Source: a virus
DNA: 64,000 nucleotides
Reading direction: 5' to 3' (one strand)
Virus record (IMG/VR): IMGVR_UViG_3300028840_002104
Coordinates: 1-64,000 of that record
The position numbers and the translations under genes are program-made. Below are positions 56,154-63,936 of the stretch, piece by piece. A model generated the notes under the pieces. It searched no databases. It worked only from the letters and a program-made list of their open reading frames with translations, and was not told the origin of the DNA. The stretch's first letter is position 1. Each line of letters begins with the position of its first letter.

Positions 56154-56492
56154 ATGACGCGGTTATTGTCAGAATCCATGCCTTTTGAGATGAGGCCATT
56201 CCTCTCTCCACAAGAGCTGGAAGAAGCCATCTCAAGCAAAGAGGGAATGGACGCTCTTCTAGCCAAGATGCAAGAGCATCATGGTGCCAACGAGGAGCAC
56301 CAGAGATCCTTTCTCTCTAAACCTATGTCTTTTGTAGGTCCCGCCCATGCGATTCTCTACATGGTGCGCGTATCCAAGGAGCTTTGGCCAGAGGCGCGTA
56401 TCACGGTCAGAAAGATCACAGTTCGGAAGAATGACATGGGGTCTGGGTTCGTTCCAGGCGTCCTGAAGGCGTTTGTTACTTTGAAGTCTTGA
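56154..56492 (+). CDS. Hypothetical protein
   Basis: AAGGAGGT RBS. Confidence 0.55.
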   Translation: MTRLLSESMPFEMRPFLSPQELEEAISSKEGMDALLAKMQEHHGANEEHQRSFLSKPMSFVGPAHAILYMVRVSKELWPEARITVRKITVRKNDMGSGFVPGVLKAFVTLKS

Positions 56493-56502
56493 GGAGTGTG
56501 TC

Positions 56503-56955
56503 ATGGGTTCGCTCAAGATGGTCACAAAGAGGCGTATTCGCCGCCCTATTTATAGGTATCCAGAGCTTCAGGCTTTGGTAGAGAGCGCGGATATTCACAA
56601 AGGGTCCAAGGTTACGAGGGTCGATAGGTGGAATCGAGAGACACAAGTTCTAGATTTCACTACAGTCGTTGGAGAGCCCTTGTCCCAGGGAAGGAGGTTC
56701 AATACTGTCAAGAGGTTTCTTGTCGAAGTGCCTGTGGTTGTGGTCGAAGGAGATGATGGTTTACCAGTAGCCGCGACACTTCAATCGTTTCCGCCGGATT
56801 ATCGTCTGACAGAAGCGATCATTGTGCCATGGTTAGTCCAGAAAGCCGAGCGCCAGGCGAAGAAGGCGCGGAGGAAAGACCTAGACATTGGTTTGGTCAG
56901 CCAACCGTTTGGGGTGATTACCGCTCAGTATCCAACGTTTGCGAAAAGGAGATGA
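56503..56955 (+). CDS. Hypothetical basic protein
   Basis: GAGGAG RBS. Confidence 0.55.
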   Translation: MGSLKMVTKRRIRRPIYRYPELQALVESADIHKGSKVTRVDRWNRETQVLDFTTVVGEPLSQGRRFNTVKRFLVEVPVVVVEGDDGLPVAATLQSFPPDYRLTEAIIVPWLVQKAERQAKKARRKDLDIGLVSQPFGVITAQYPTFAKRR

Positions 56956-56957
56956 AA

Positions 56958-58052
56958 ATGGTTGAAAAGAAAGATGTGGCTAACATTCTTAGTGGTATTA
57001 TCACTCAGGCTGAGACAATCAAGGATCAGGCTGAGTGGCTTCTCTCTAAGTTTGGTGGCAGCAAGAAAGAGCAGAAGGAATCGCCTGGCGCGAAGTCTGA
57101 AACAAGTCTTCAGGATGAGATGAGAGTCTTTCCCAAGCCTGACGTCATCAAAGAGATGGGCAGAGAGAAGTGCCTGGAGTGGTTTGACGCTCTTGGTCTC
57201 AGCACGGCTGAGCATAAGAACGACTCTCCGTCCAAGCTCCGAACGGATCTCTTGGTCATGGCGGTTGCCATAGATGGTGACAGCTCTTCAAGGCATCATA
57301 AGGTGACTGTTGCTCAGGTGGCCGCGCTCCTGGAATGCGAGGTAGAAGATGAGGACAATAAGACGGTCCTTCTTACCAAGATTGGTGAAGCAATATCTCA
57401 GCGCCTGAACAGCGGACAAGAAGTTGAGGAGGGTCCTGATGAGGAAGAGACAGAAGAAGGCCCTGAAGAAGAAGAAACGCCTTCAGGCGAAGGAGAAGAA
57501 GAGACAGAGGAAGGTCCAGACGAAGAAGAGGAAGAGACACCTGATGACGGCGAAGAGGAGGAAGGCCCAGAAGAAGGCCCGGAAGAAGCGAACTTAGGCG
57601 GAGATTTTGTCCTGAAGCCCAAGTTCATCAAGAAGGCCAAGGAGAGCATAGCTGAAGAGGTGGAGAAAGACAGCAATGCTGTTGCGGAACTAGCTGTTGA
57701 GGCTAAGGTCAACTGGGTTCCCTTCCTGCCTGAAGATGTCCAGAAAGCCGCGCTAGACATGAGCGACGAGGACTTAGTTCTCGCTTTTGAGTGCGCCTTT
57801 GTTGATGATGAGGGAGAAGATCATGACTGGGATGAGGCGTATTCTCATAACGGCACGGTGTTCTGCAATGGCGTTGATGTCAAGGAACATGAAGGTGATG
57901 AGGACTTCACTTGGCATTCAAGCGTAGAGTCGCCGCCAGAGGGCATTGATCCCAGTGACTTTGGAATAGGCGTTTCTCGTGGTTCCGATGAGACTCACTA
58001 CTTCATGATCCATGATGGGAAAATTCTTGAAGTAGAACCCGTGTCAGGCTGA
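56958..58052 (+). CDS. Extremely acidic protein with EEGP(D/E)EEET repeats
   Basis: AAGGAG RBS; Glu-rich tandem repeats encoded at ~57420-57590 and acidic C-terminal domain. Confidence 0.65.
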   Translation: MVEKKDVANILSGIITQAETIKDQAEWLLSKFGGSKKEQKESPGAKSETSLQDEMRVFPKPDVIKEMGREKCLEWFDALGLSTAEHKNDSPSKLRTDLLVMAVAIDGDSSSRHHKVTVAQVAALLECEVEDEDNKTVLLTKIGEAISQRLNSGQEVEEGPDEEETEEGPEEEETPSGEGEEETEEGPDEEEEETPDDGEEEEGPEEGPEEANLGGDFVLKPKFIKKAKESIAEEVEKDSNAVAELAVEAKVNWVPFLPEDVQKAALDMSDEDLVLAFECAFVDDEGEDHDWDEAYSHNGTVFCNGVDVKEHEGDEDFTWHSSVESPPEGIDPSDFGIGVSRGSDETHYFMIHDGKILEVEPVSG

Positions 58053-58075
58053 ATTTTCTGGCTGACCGTGGCCAC

Positions 58076-58109
58076 GAGGAGGAAGTCTCTCTTTTGGGGC
58101 TTCCTCCTC
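58076..58109. terminator. GC-rich hairpin upstream of pentamer array (terminator/processing site)
   Basis: GAGGAGGAAGTCTC-TCTTTT-GGGGCTTCCTCCTC, 14-bp stem with two G-U pairs; no clear U-tract. Confidence 0.55.
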
Positions 58110-58154
58110 ACCCCCTAAAAGTTATGCTCAGAGTTATTGCATTTGTTCATAAGG

Positions 58155-58466
58155 GGTTGGGCTTGGCGTGTTGAGGTTGGTTTCGTTCAGGCACGTTTAG
58201 GTTGGTTACGGCTAGGTCTGGTTAGGTTGGCCATGGCGTGGAAAGGTTAGGTTGGCTGTGGTTTGGTAGTGCAGGGTTTGGTCCCTAGTGGGGTCTGTTG
58301 GGTTCAGTTTTGGTTAGGTCTGTTGGGTTGAGGTATGTTCAGTTCTGGCCGGTCATGGCGCGTTGAGTTGCGGTTTGTTTCGTTAAGGCGGGGCGAGCTT
58401 AGGTGTGGTTTGTTTTGGTCCGGTAGGGTCGGTTTGGGTTGGTTGGGTTAAGGTTTGGTATGTCTA
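58155..58466 (+). ncRNA. Non-coding pentamer array (GKY-NN)x61; candidate guide RNA for the adjacent RAMP-like protein
   Basis: Two in-phase blocks (58155-58284, 26 units; 58292-58466, 35 units); G at position 1 in 60/61, pyrimidine at position 3 in 60/61, G/T at position 2 in 58/61; positions 4-5 use all 16 dinucleotides. Confidence 0.75.
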
Positions 58467-58484
58467 CTTGAAAGGATGTGAGTT

Positions 58485-59108
58485 ATGCCAGCAAAGAAAG
58501 TTGCAAAGGTGTTAGGTCCTGAAGTTTCTAACGGTGCCAAGGTTGCTATTGAGTCAGGAATTCCATTTACGCTCAGAGCAAGGGTGCGGGGTGTTTCTCC
58601 AGGTCTCATTATGCATGCTTGGAACTGTGAGGCAATAGCTAATCTTCCAGGCAAAGGCGCAAAGAAGAAGGATGATCTTGAGACTTATGTTCGGCGTGAT
58701 GACGAAGGTTATCTTTGCATTCCAGGTGAGTATTTTAGGGGCTCTATGATTAATGCGGGCAGATCCAGAAAAGATCCCAGATCTTCTAGGAAATCCATGA
58801 TGGATCTTTTGAAGGCGGCAGTTATTCCTCTGACCTATTTGGCTCCTATTAGTCCTAAGTCTAAGGAGTGGCCTAAAGTGCATAAGTGCCGAGCGGTCAT
58901 TCAGCGTTCGGCTATTACTAGAGAACGTCCCTGGTGGCCTGAAGGGTGGGAAGCTCAGATAGACCTTCAGTGTATTATGCCTGAATACGTGAGTCCCACG
59001 GTGTTTCACGACATCTTGGTAGATGCGGGAAGGTTTGTGGGTGTGGCTGACTATCGTCCTACTTACGGTCGTTTTCAGGTTATTCACAGCGAGATTCTTG
59101 AGGACTAG
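58485..59108 (+). CDS. Stand-alone Cas7/RAMP-like RNA-binding protein
   Basis: RVRGVSPGLIMH (RAMP first strand), DDEGYLCIPGEYFRGSMINA (IPGSSLKG-like), C-terminal G-loop GRFVGVADYRPTYGRFQV; no other cas genes nearby. Confidence 0.7.
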   Translation: MPAKKVAKVLGPEVSNGAKVAIESGIPFTLRARVRGVSPGLIMHAWNCEAIANLPGKGAKKKDDLETYVRRDDEGYLCIPGEYFRGSMINAGRSRKDPRSSRKSMMDLLKAAVIPLTYLAPISPKSKEWPKVHKCRAVIQRSAITRERPWWPEGWEAQIDLQCIMPEYVSPTVFHDILVDAGRFVGVADYRPTYGRFQVIHSEILED

Positions 59109-59132
59109 AGGTGTCTTGGTTGTGGCCAAAAC

Positions 59133-59168
59133 GGGGAGAGGGTCGCTTGTGAGAGAGGCTCTCTCCCC
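59133..59168. terminator. GC-rich hairpin downstream of RAMP-like gene
   Basis: GGGGAGAGGGTC-N12-GGCTCTCTCCCC. Confidence 0.5.
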
Positions 59169-59193
59169 ACCTCCTATTTTAGAAGGGAATATC

Positions 59194-59472
59194 ATGGCTG
59201 CGAAAGCGGGTCTGAAAGCTAAAGAACACCTGTGGCGGCATAACTACAGGAAGCTTAGCCCTCGTGAGCAGAGGGAAGGGCAGCCTCCGTTCATTGAATG
59301 TTTTCTCTGCGGGAGTTATACTTCTGTTCAGGGTAGAGAATGGGTTCAGATGGCCTCTTTGTCTCCTCGGATGTTGAAGAAAGAGGGTCTAGATGGGTTT
59401 CCTCAGACTCACCTTTTGGTCTGTCGTCTCTGCGAGAGGGATCTTTTGAGATTGGAGAAGTCCTTTGCCTAG
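59194..59472 (+). CDS. Small Zn-finger protein
   Basis: CFLC...CRLC. Confidence 0.5.
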   Translation: MAAKAGLKAKEHLWRHNYRKLSPREQREGQPPFIECFLCGSYTSVQGREWVQMASLSPRMLKKEGLDGFPQTHLLVCRLCERDLLRLEKSFA

Positions 59473-59487
59473 AATCAGGAGAATCTC

Positions 59488-59742
59488 ATGAACATTGAAA
59501 GCTTGAAAGATGCAGAAGCTCATGTGAGGGTTGCTCAAAACATTCTTACGGCTCAAAGGAAAAAGTGTCCCGATGATGGGCCTTACGAAGATTTAGACAA
59601 GGGAATTAAAGCCTGTTCTTGGGTCCTTTCGTCTCTTGAGGATGTGCTTAACGATTTTCCTCGCAAGTACACGTGCTCTGTTTGTGGCGCTATCTTTGAG
59701 CCCTCTTGTCCTGTTTGCGCGATGTATTTGGACGAAGGTTAG
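59488..59742 (+). CDS. Small protein with C-terminal Zn finger
   Basis: CSVC...CPVC; AGGAG RBS. Confidence 0.5.
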   Translation: MNIESLKDAEAHVRVAQNILTAQRKKCPDDGPYEDLDKGIKACSWVLSSLEDVLNDFPRKYTCSVCGAIFEPSCPVCAMYLDEG

Positions 59743-59752
59743 GAGGTCTCTG

Positions 59753-61054
59753 TTGCCTAGAATCTTCTATGCGGGAACTGATGAAGATGAATTCTACAAC
59801 CTATCATGCGAGCAAGGCGTTGATGCACAGCTTGTCTCTTTCTACAAAATGCGGAAATGGCCTGCCCTACTCCGCAAGCGGAAAGAAGAGCATCCAGAGG
59901 TAGACTTCTTTGTTGATTCGGGGGCCTACACGTTTCAGCGAGAAAAGGGTCAAGAGCTTACCCTTGATGATTACGAGCTTTACGCGGAAGAGTACACCAA
60001 GTATCTAGAGACAAACATTGACTGTATATTTGCTGCGGCAGAGCTGGATGTTGAACAGGTTGTAGGGCTGGAGAGAGTGTATAGATGGCAGCGGGAATTG
60101 TTTGCTCCTCTTGAGGATCGCATCCCCATTGTGTATGTCTGGCATCCTTTTCGCGGTCCAGATGGCTGGACAGAGATGTGCAAGCAGCATGAGTATGTGG
60201 GCTTCTCCCGCGACGTCTCGCATGAAGAGCGCGTGAGACTGCTTGCCACAGCGCGGAAATATCTGACCAAGGTCCATGGCTTTGGTATCACTGACTCCAC
60301 CTCTCTGAGAACGCTGAATTGCTATTCCGTGGACTCTCTGACGTGGAAGACTTGTGAGATGTATGGCACTACCTACTATTGGGACGGTTCTACGCTGAAG
60401 GTCTTCGATAAGACGCAGAAAGATCAGAGGCGCAGGTTCAGAGGCCAGTTTGAGACTCTAGGACTTGACTGGGCGGCCATTGAGAATGATGAAAGGCGAG
60501 AGATCACTAGAGCTTCCCTGATGGCCTTTCGTCTCATGGAATTCGCGATGGAGAGGCGGGCGGTCATGGTCCCCTTCTGGGAGTATCGAGTCCCTCCAAG
60601 AGAGCTGAGCCCTGAAGACATCTCGAAGTGGGCAGAGAAGTTTGGCTGGAAGAATGCTGAGTTTGATGATTCTGAAGAGGACAAGTTCTATGTGAGTCTT
60701 GTCCAGGCTGTGCAGAACAACTGGGGACTTGAAGACTATGATCCAGAGGATCTGGCAGAAGGTCTTGGCTGGCTTCTGAAGAGTCACGGGAAAGTCACGA
60801 GTGATCCTCACGACGCGGCGATTTATGACAAGATTCGGGTGAAGATGAATGATTGCTTGGTGCCGAAGAAGACATTCGCGGTGCCGAGGACTTCAAATGA
60901 GGTATTTCTAGACAGGTTCCCAAAGCCTAGAGCAAGGTCTTTAGAACCTACTGACTACAATACTTTGGACTGGCGAGAAGTGGATAAGAACATGGCTGCG
61001 GCGCTAGATGCAGGTGTCCGCGAAACGATGGAGGATTCTGATGGGCTTTTCTGA
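59753..61054 (+). CDS. dpdA: DpdA-like DNA guanine transglycosylase (TGT fold) with C-terminal extension
   Basis: FFVDSGAYTF, ELDV, VWH, KVHGFG, YSVDSLTW motifs; preQ0 pathway encoded nearby. Confidence 0.72.
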   Translation: MPRIFYAGTDEDEFYNLSCEQGVDAQLVSFYKMRKWPALLRKRKEEHPEVDFFVDSGAYTFQREKGQELTLDDYELYAEEYTKYLETNIDCIFAAAELDVEQVVGLERVYRWQRELFAPLEDRIPIVYVWHPFRGPDGWTEMCKQHEYVGFSRDVSHEERVRLLATARKYLTKVHGFGITDSTSLRTLNCYSVDSLTWKTCEMYGTTYYWDGSTLKVFDKTQKDQRRRFRGQFETLGLDWAAIENDERREITRASLMAFRLMEFAMERRAVMVPFWEYRVPPRELSPEDISKWAEKFGWKNAEFDDSEEDKFYVSLVQAVQNNWGLEDYDPEDLAEGLGWLLKSHGKVTSDPHDAAIYDKIRVKMNDCLVPKKTFAVPRTSNEVFLDRFPKPRARSLEPTDYNTLDWREVDKNMAAALDAGVRETMEDSDGLF

Positions 61055-61784
61055 CATGCTTGAAGACTTTCTTGAGGAAGAGGCTGACAGTAAGTTTGGT
61101 AAGCTTCTCCAGAAGTTTGCTAAGAAGCTTTGGAAGAAGTACTTCAATGATGATGGGGATGAAGATGAGCAGCCTGAAGTGCCTGGTGAGGAGTTTCACG
61201 TTCCTCGGTTCTTGCGCGTGGTTCCTCTGACTAAGGCTCCGTCTGAAGGCTCTGGCTTTGCTGTCTGTACGGAGAACTACATGGCCTACTACATACCAAC
61301 GTACAAAGACAGAGGCGGTTCCATTTGCTTCATCCACGTGGAGATCCACGGTGAAGATGGCTCTGTGGAGAAGGTTCACTACAACAATATGGAGCCCAGA
61401 AACCAGTATCGAAAGGGCAAGGCGCATACAGGTTGTCCAGGTGGCGCGAAGAACTGGACAGACAATGGGGATCATCCTGGTGAGAAGAAGTCATACCTCT
61501 ACACGACGGCATATCCAGACAAAGAGGCCGGTGCTGACGGAACTAGAAGAGGCTATGCTTTCGTCCCATTCTCCAAGCCTGGTAGATACGACGTGAAGAT
61601 CAGATACCGCCCGACTGGGAATAGAACCTTTCAAGGCTTTGTGGTCCTCTACTCCAAGAAGATCCGAAATGGCCAAGAAGAATGGGCGGCACACTGTTAC
61701 TCTTGGAACCAGAGAGGCGACGGAATTCACAGAACGGTTACGTTGGCCGAAGGTTTCCGCTTCTTCGAGGAGATAAGTCAATGA
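61041..61784 (+). CDS. Hypothetical protein with golvesin/xanthan-lyase CBD-like C-terminal domain
   Basis: PGRYDVKIRYRPTGNR...WNQRGDG...TLAEGFRF. Confidence 0.4.
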   Translation: MGFSDMLEDFLEEEADSKFGKLLQKFAKKLWKKYFNDDGDEDEQPEVPGEEFHVPRFLRVVPLTKAPSEGSGFAVCTENYMAYYIPTYKDRGGSICFIHVEIHGEDGSVEKVHYNNMEPRNQYRKGKAHTGCPGGAKNWTDNGDHPGEKKSYLYTTAYPDKEAGADGTRRGYAFVPFSKPGRYDVKIRYRPTGNRTFQGFVVLYSKKIRNGQEEWAAHCYSWNQRGDGIHRTVTLAEGFRFFEEISQ

Positions 61785-62566
61785 TTGTCGTGTCAGATCT
61801 GCACTTTCAGCCGTTCAAGAGAGCTTCGGAACAATCTCCTTTGCTTGAGCCTTTCTTTACCTATGTGTGTGGCAGAGACGAGCTGCTTATCTTGGATGGC
61901 GACACCTTTGATTGCTTTCCATACACCTTCTTGATGGCTCTAGAGATGTTTGGTCATTGGTTTGAGGATGTGGCTTTGAGTGGTGGTCTCATCGTTATTG
62001 AAGGCAATCACGACTACGGCATCAAGAGTATAGCTTCTTCTTTGGAGCTATCTGTCTGTTCCCAGGGAGGCTTAGAGATCCAGGATTGTAAAGGCAGGCT
62101 GTGGATGATAAAGCATGGTCATACCCTTGATTCTGTGTGGGGAAAAGAAGGTGTGTTTGACTCAGAGCAACCGAAGAAGGTCAAGTTCGGAAGAGCTTTT
62201 TTGGCTGTTTCGATTCTGCTTGAGCGAGCTATCCCGTCTTCGGATGATCGTCTTCTGGCGGCGGGGAGAAAGGTCTATCGTGCTCTGTGTCCAAAAGGTG
62301 AGGAGGTCCAGACAGAGATCTATAGACAAGATGCTCTCAGGCATTTCTCTAGAGGCTTTCACGGATATCATTACGCCCACACTCATGATCTACACCATGA
62401 AACGGTGAGCGTTGGCGATAGACGAGCAGTGATCCTAAACGCGAAAGACTGGACAAGTGGCTCTGAGTCCGTGTACTTTTCGCGGCTAGAAGAAGACGCA
62501 ATCTACGAGTTTACCGAGGATGGTCCTCGGCTACATTGGCAGGCTGGTCAGTCAGAAACCGCCTAG
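61781..62566 (+). CDS. Calcineurin-like metallophosphoesterase (LpxH-like)
   Basis: VSDLH, DGDTFD, EGNHD, KHGH, AHTH. Confidence 0.85.
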   Translation: MIVVSDLHFQPFKRASEQSPLLEPFFTYVCGRDELLILDGDTFDCFPYTFLMALEMFGHWFEDVALSGGLIVIEGNHDYGIKSIASSLELSVCSQGGLEIQDCKGRLWMIKHGHTLDSVWGKEGVFDSEQPKKVKFGRAFLAVSILLERAIPSSDDRLLAAGRKVYRALCPKGEEVQTEIYRQDALRHFSRGFHGYHYAHTHDLHHETVSVGDRRAVILNAKDWTSGSESVYFSRLEEDAIYEFTEDGPRLHWQAGQSETA

Positions 62567-62783
62567 CAGAAGGAGGTGAGGTGAAAAGAGTGCTCAAAGT
62601 CAATCGACCCTTTGAGAGAAGACGTAATGGCAAGGATATGTCCGTTTCCTTGGACAGAATCCGGAGAGTGCAGGCCATACGTCCAGGTCTTGGCCCAGAG
62701 CTGGAGCACAGACTGCGTGAGGAGGGCAGAATTGTTGGCCGCAGTGTCTGAGCCAAGAGAATGTCAGAATGAAAGGATGAACG

Positions 62784-62984
62784 ATGGATGAAGTTAGATT
62801 TCCTGATGTGACTGTTCGATTGGTGGGCGAATCTGGTAACGCTTTCGTCATCATGGGAAAAGTGATAAGCGCTCTGAAAAGAGCGGGTCACGCTGACGCG
62901 GTAGATGAGTACACCGCTGAGGCTGAGTCAGGAGATTATGACAACCTGCTTACTGTCACGATGAGGTGGGTTAACGTAGAATAG
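62784..62984 (+). CDS. Conserved small phage protein
   Basis: VRLVGESGNAFVIMG...SGDYDNLL motif. Confidence 0.6.
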   Translation: MDEVRFPDVTVRLVGESGNAFVIMGKVISALKRAGHADAVDEYTAEAESGDYDNLLTVTMRWVNVE

Positions 62985-62996
62985 GAGGTTGCCAGT

Positions 62997-63347
62997 ATGC
63001 GTGGTGAGAGAGAGGACGACGGCTTTGCAACAGGCGTTGTTGTCGTGATTTTGATTGTTGTGATCGGAGTAGCTCTTTTTGGAAGCGGTTATTGGTTAGC
63101 AGCAAGGCACTATAATCGAAGTCTGGATAAGATCAGAGCTTGGTATCTTGCAGACCTCAACAAGACTCCTATGAGAGTCCTAATGCCGGAAGATCTAGAC
63201 GTGGACGATCAGATCAGATTGGCCACAGCCATTCTCAACAGCGCACTTCAAGTTCAAGGATCTGTGGTTGATGTCACGGTCACGCCTCCAGAGATTGTGC
63301 GAGGTGTTGAAAAAGTAGAAGCTGCGGCGAAAGGGATGGTAGAATGA
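62997..63347 (+). CDS. Membrane-anchored hypothetical protein
   Basis: AGGAGGT RBS; strong N-terminal TM helix. Confidence 0.55.
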   Translation: MRGEREDDGFATGVVVVILIVVIGVALFGSGYWLAARHYNRSLDKIRAWYLADLNKTPMRVLMPEDLDVDDQIRLATAILNSALQVQGSVVDVTVTPPEIVRGVEKVEAAAKGMVE

Positions 63348-63658
63348 AGACAAAGACAACGTTGATCGGACCAAACGATGGCCTACCTACCTGGGTTACG
63401 TTCAAAACGCTTTCGGGTAGAGAGATCGAAACCATCGGTCCCGCAGGAGAGATCAAGCTCCAGGAGGAAGATCGAACCTTTGTTCGTTGTCGCGGAGAAA
63501 AGGTCATGCAGGTTCTTCAGATAGATGAAGACAAGGTGACTTATGAAGACCTTTTCAAGGAAGCGAAGCGGCAAAACCTGAAGTGGATTGTCTTTGGCAA
63601 TCCTGCGGCGGTCCCAAGAGCAGGAGAAATCAAGATACTGGAACTGATAGAAGAGTGA
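63344..63658 (+). CDS. Hypothetical protein
   Basis: Coupled ATGA overlap. Confidence 0.5.
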   Translation: MKTKTTLIGPNDGLPTWVTFKTLSGREIETIGPAGEIKLQEEDRTFVRCRGEKVMQVLQIDEDKVTYEDLFKEAKRQNLKWIVFGNPAAVPRAGEIKILELIEE

Positions 63659-63750
63659 CACCTCCTCCCCTTACCGGGGAGCCCGGCGAGACCGGCAATC
63701 TGGAATTGTGCTTGCGTGGTTTTGGATTGCTGGTCTCTTTTTATTCTGAG

Positions 63751-63766
63751 AAGCTTCGCGAAGCTT
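63751..63766. other. Perfect 16-bp palindrome AAGCTTCGCGAAGCTT
   Basis: Self-reverse-complementary; abuts tandem repeat. Confidence 0.85.
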
Positions 63767-63936
63767 TGGCCTGTGGCTGGCCTGTGTCAGGCCCTGGCAG
63801 GCCCTGTGGCCTGTGGCTGGCCTGTGTCAGGCCCTGGCAGGCCCTGTGGCCTGTGGCTGGCCTGTGTCAGGCCCTGGCAGGCCCTGTGGCCTGTGGCTGG
63901 CCTGTGTCAGGCCCTGGCAGGCCCTGTGGCCTGTGG
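63767..63936. repeat. Perfect 40-bp tandem repeat, 4.25 copies
   Basis: Unit TGGCCTGTGGCTGGCCTGTGTCAGGCCCTGGCAGGCCCTG, no spacers. Confidence 0.95.

Noticed and set aside
56107-56188. 22-codon uORF after promoter 56043
   Set aside because: ATG lies in the loop of the GTAACCAC/GTGGTTAC hairpin and the ORF overlaps a gene with a stronger RBS; insufficient support
58155-58466. Canonical CRISPR array, simple microsatellite, or protein-coding low-complexity region
   Set aside because: No 25-45 bp repeats with spacers; variation is confined to two of five positions rather than random decay; no ORF of 60 aa or more spans it and period 5 is not codon-compatible
63767-63936. Possible CRISPR array
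   Set aside because: Units are head-to-tail identical with no unique spacers
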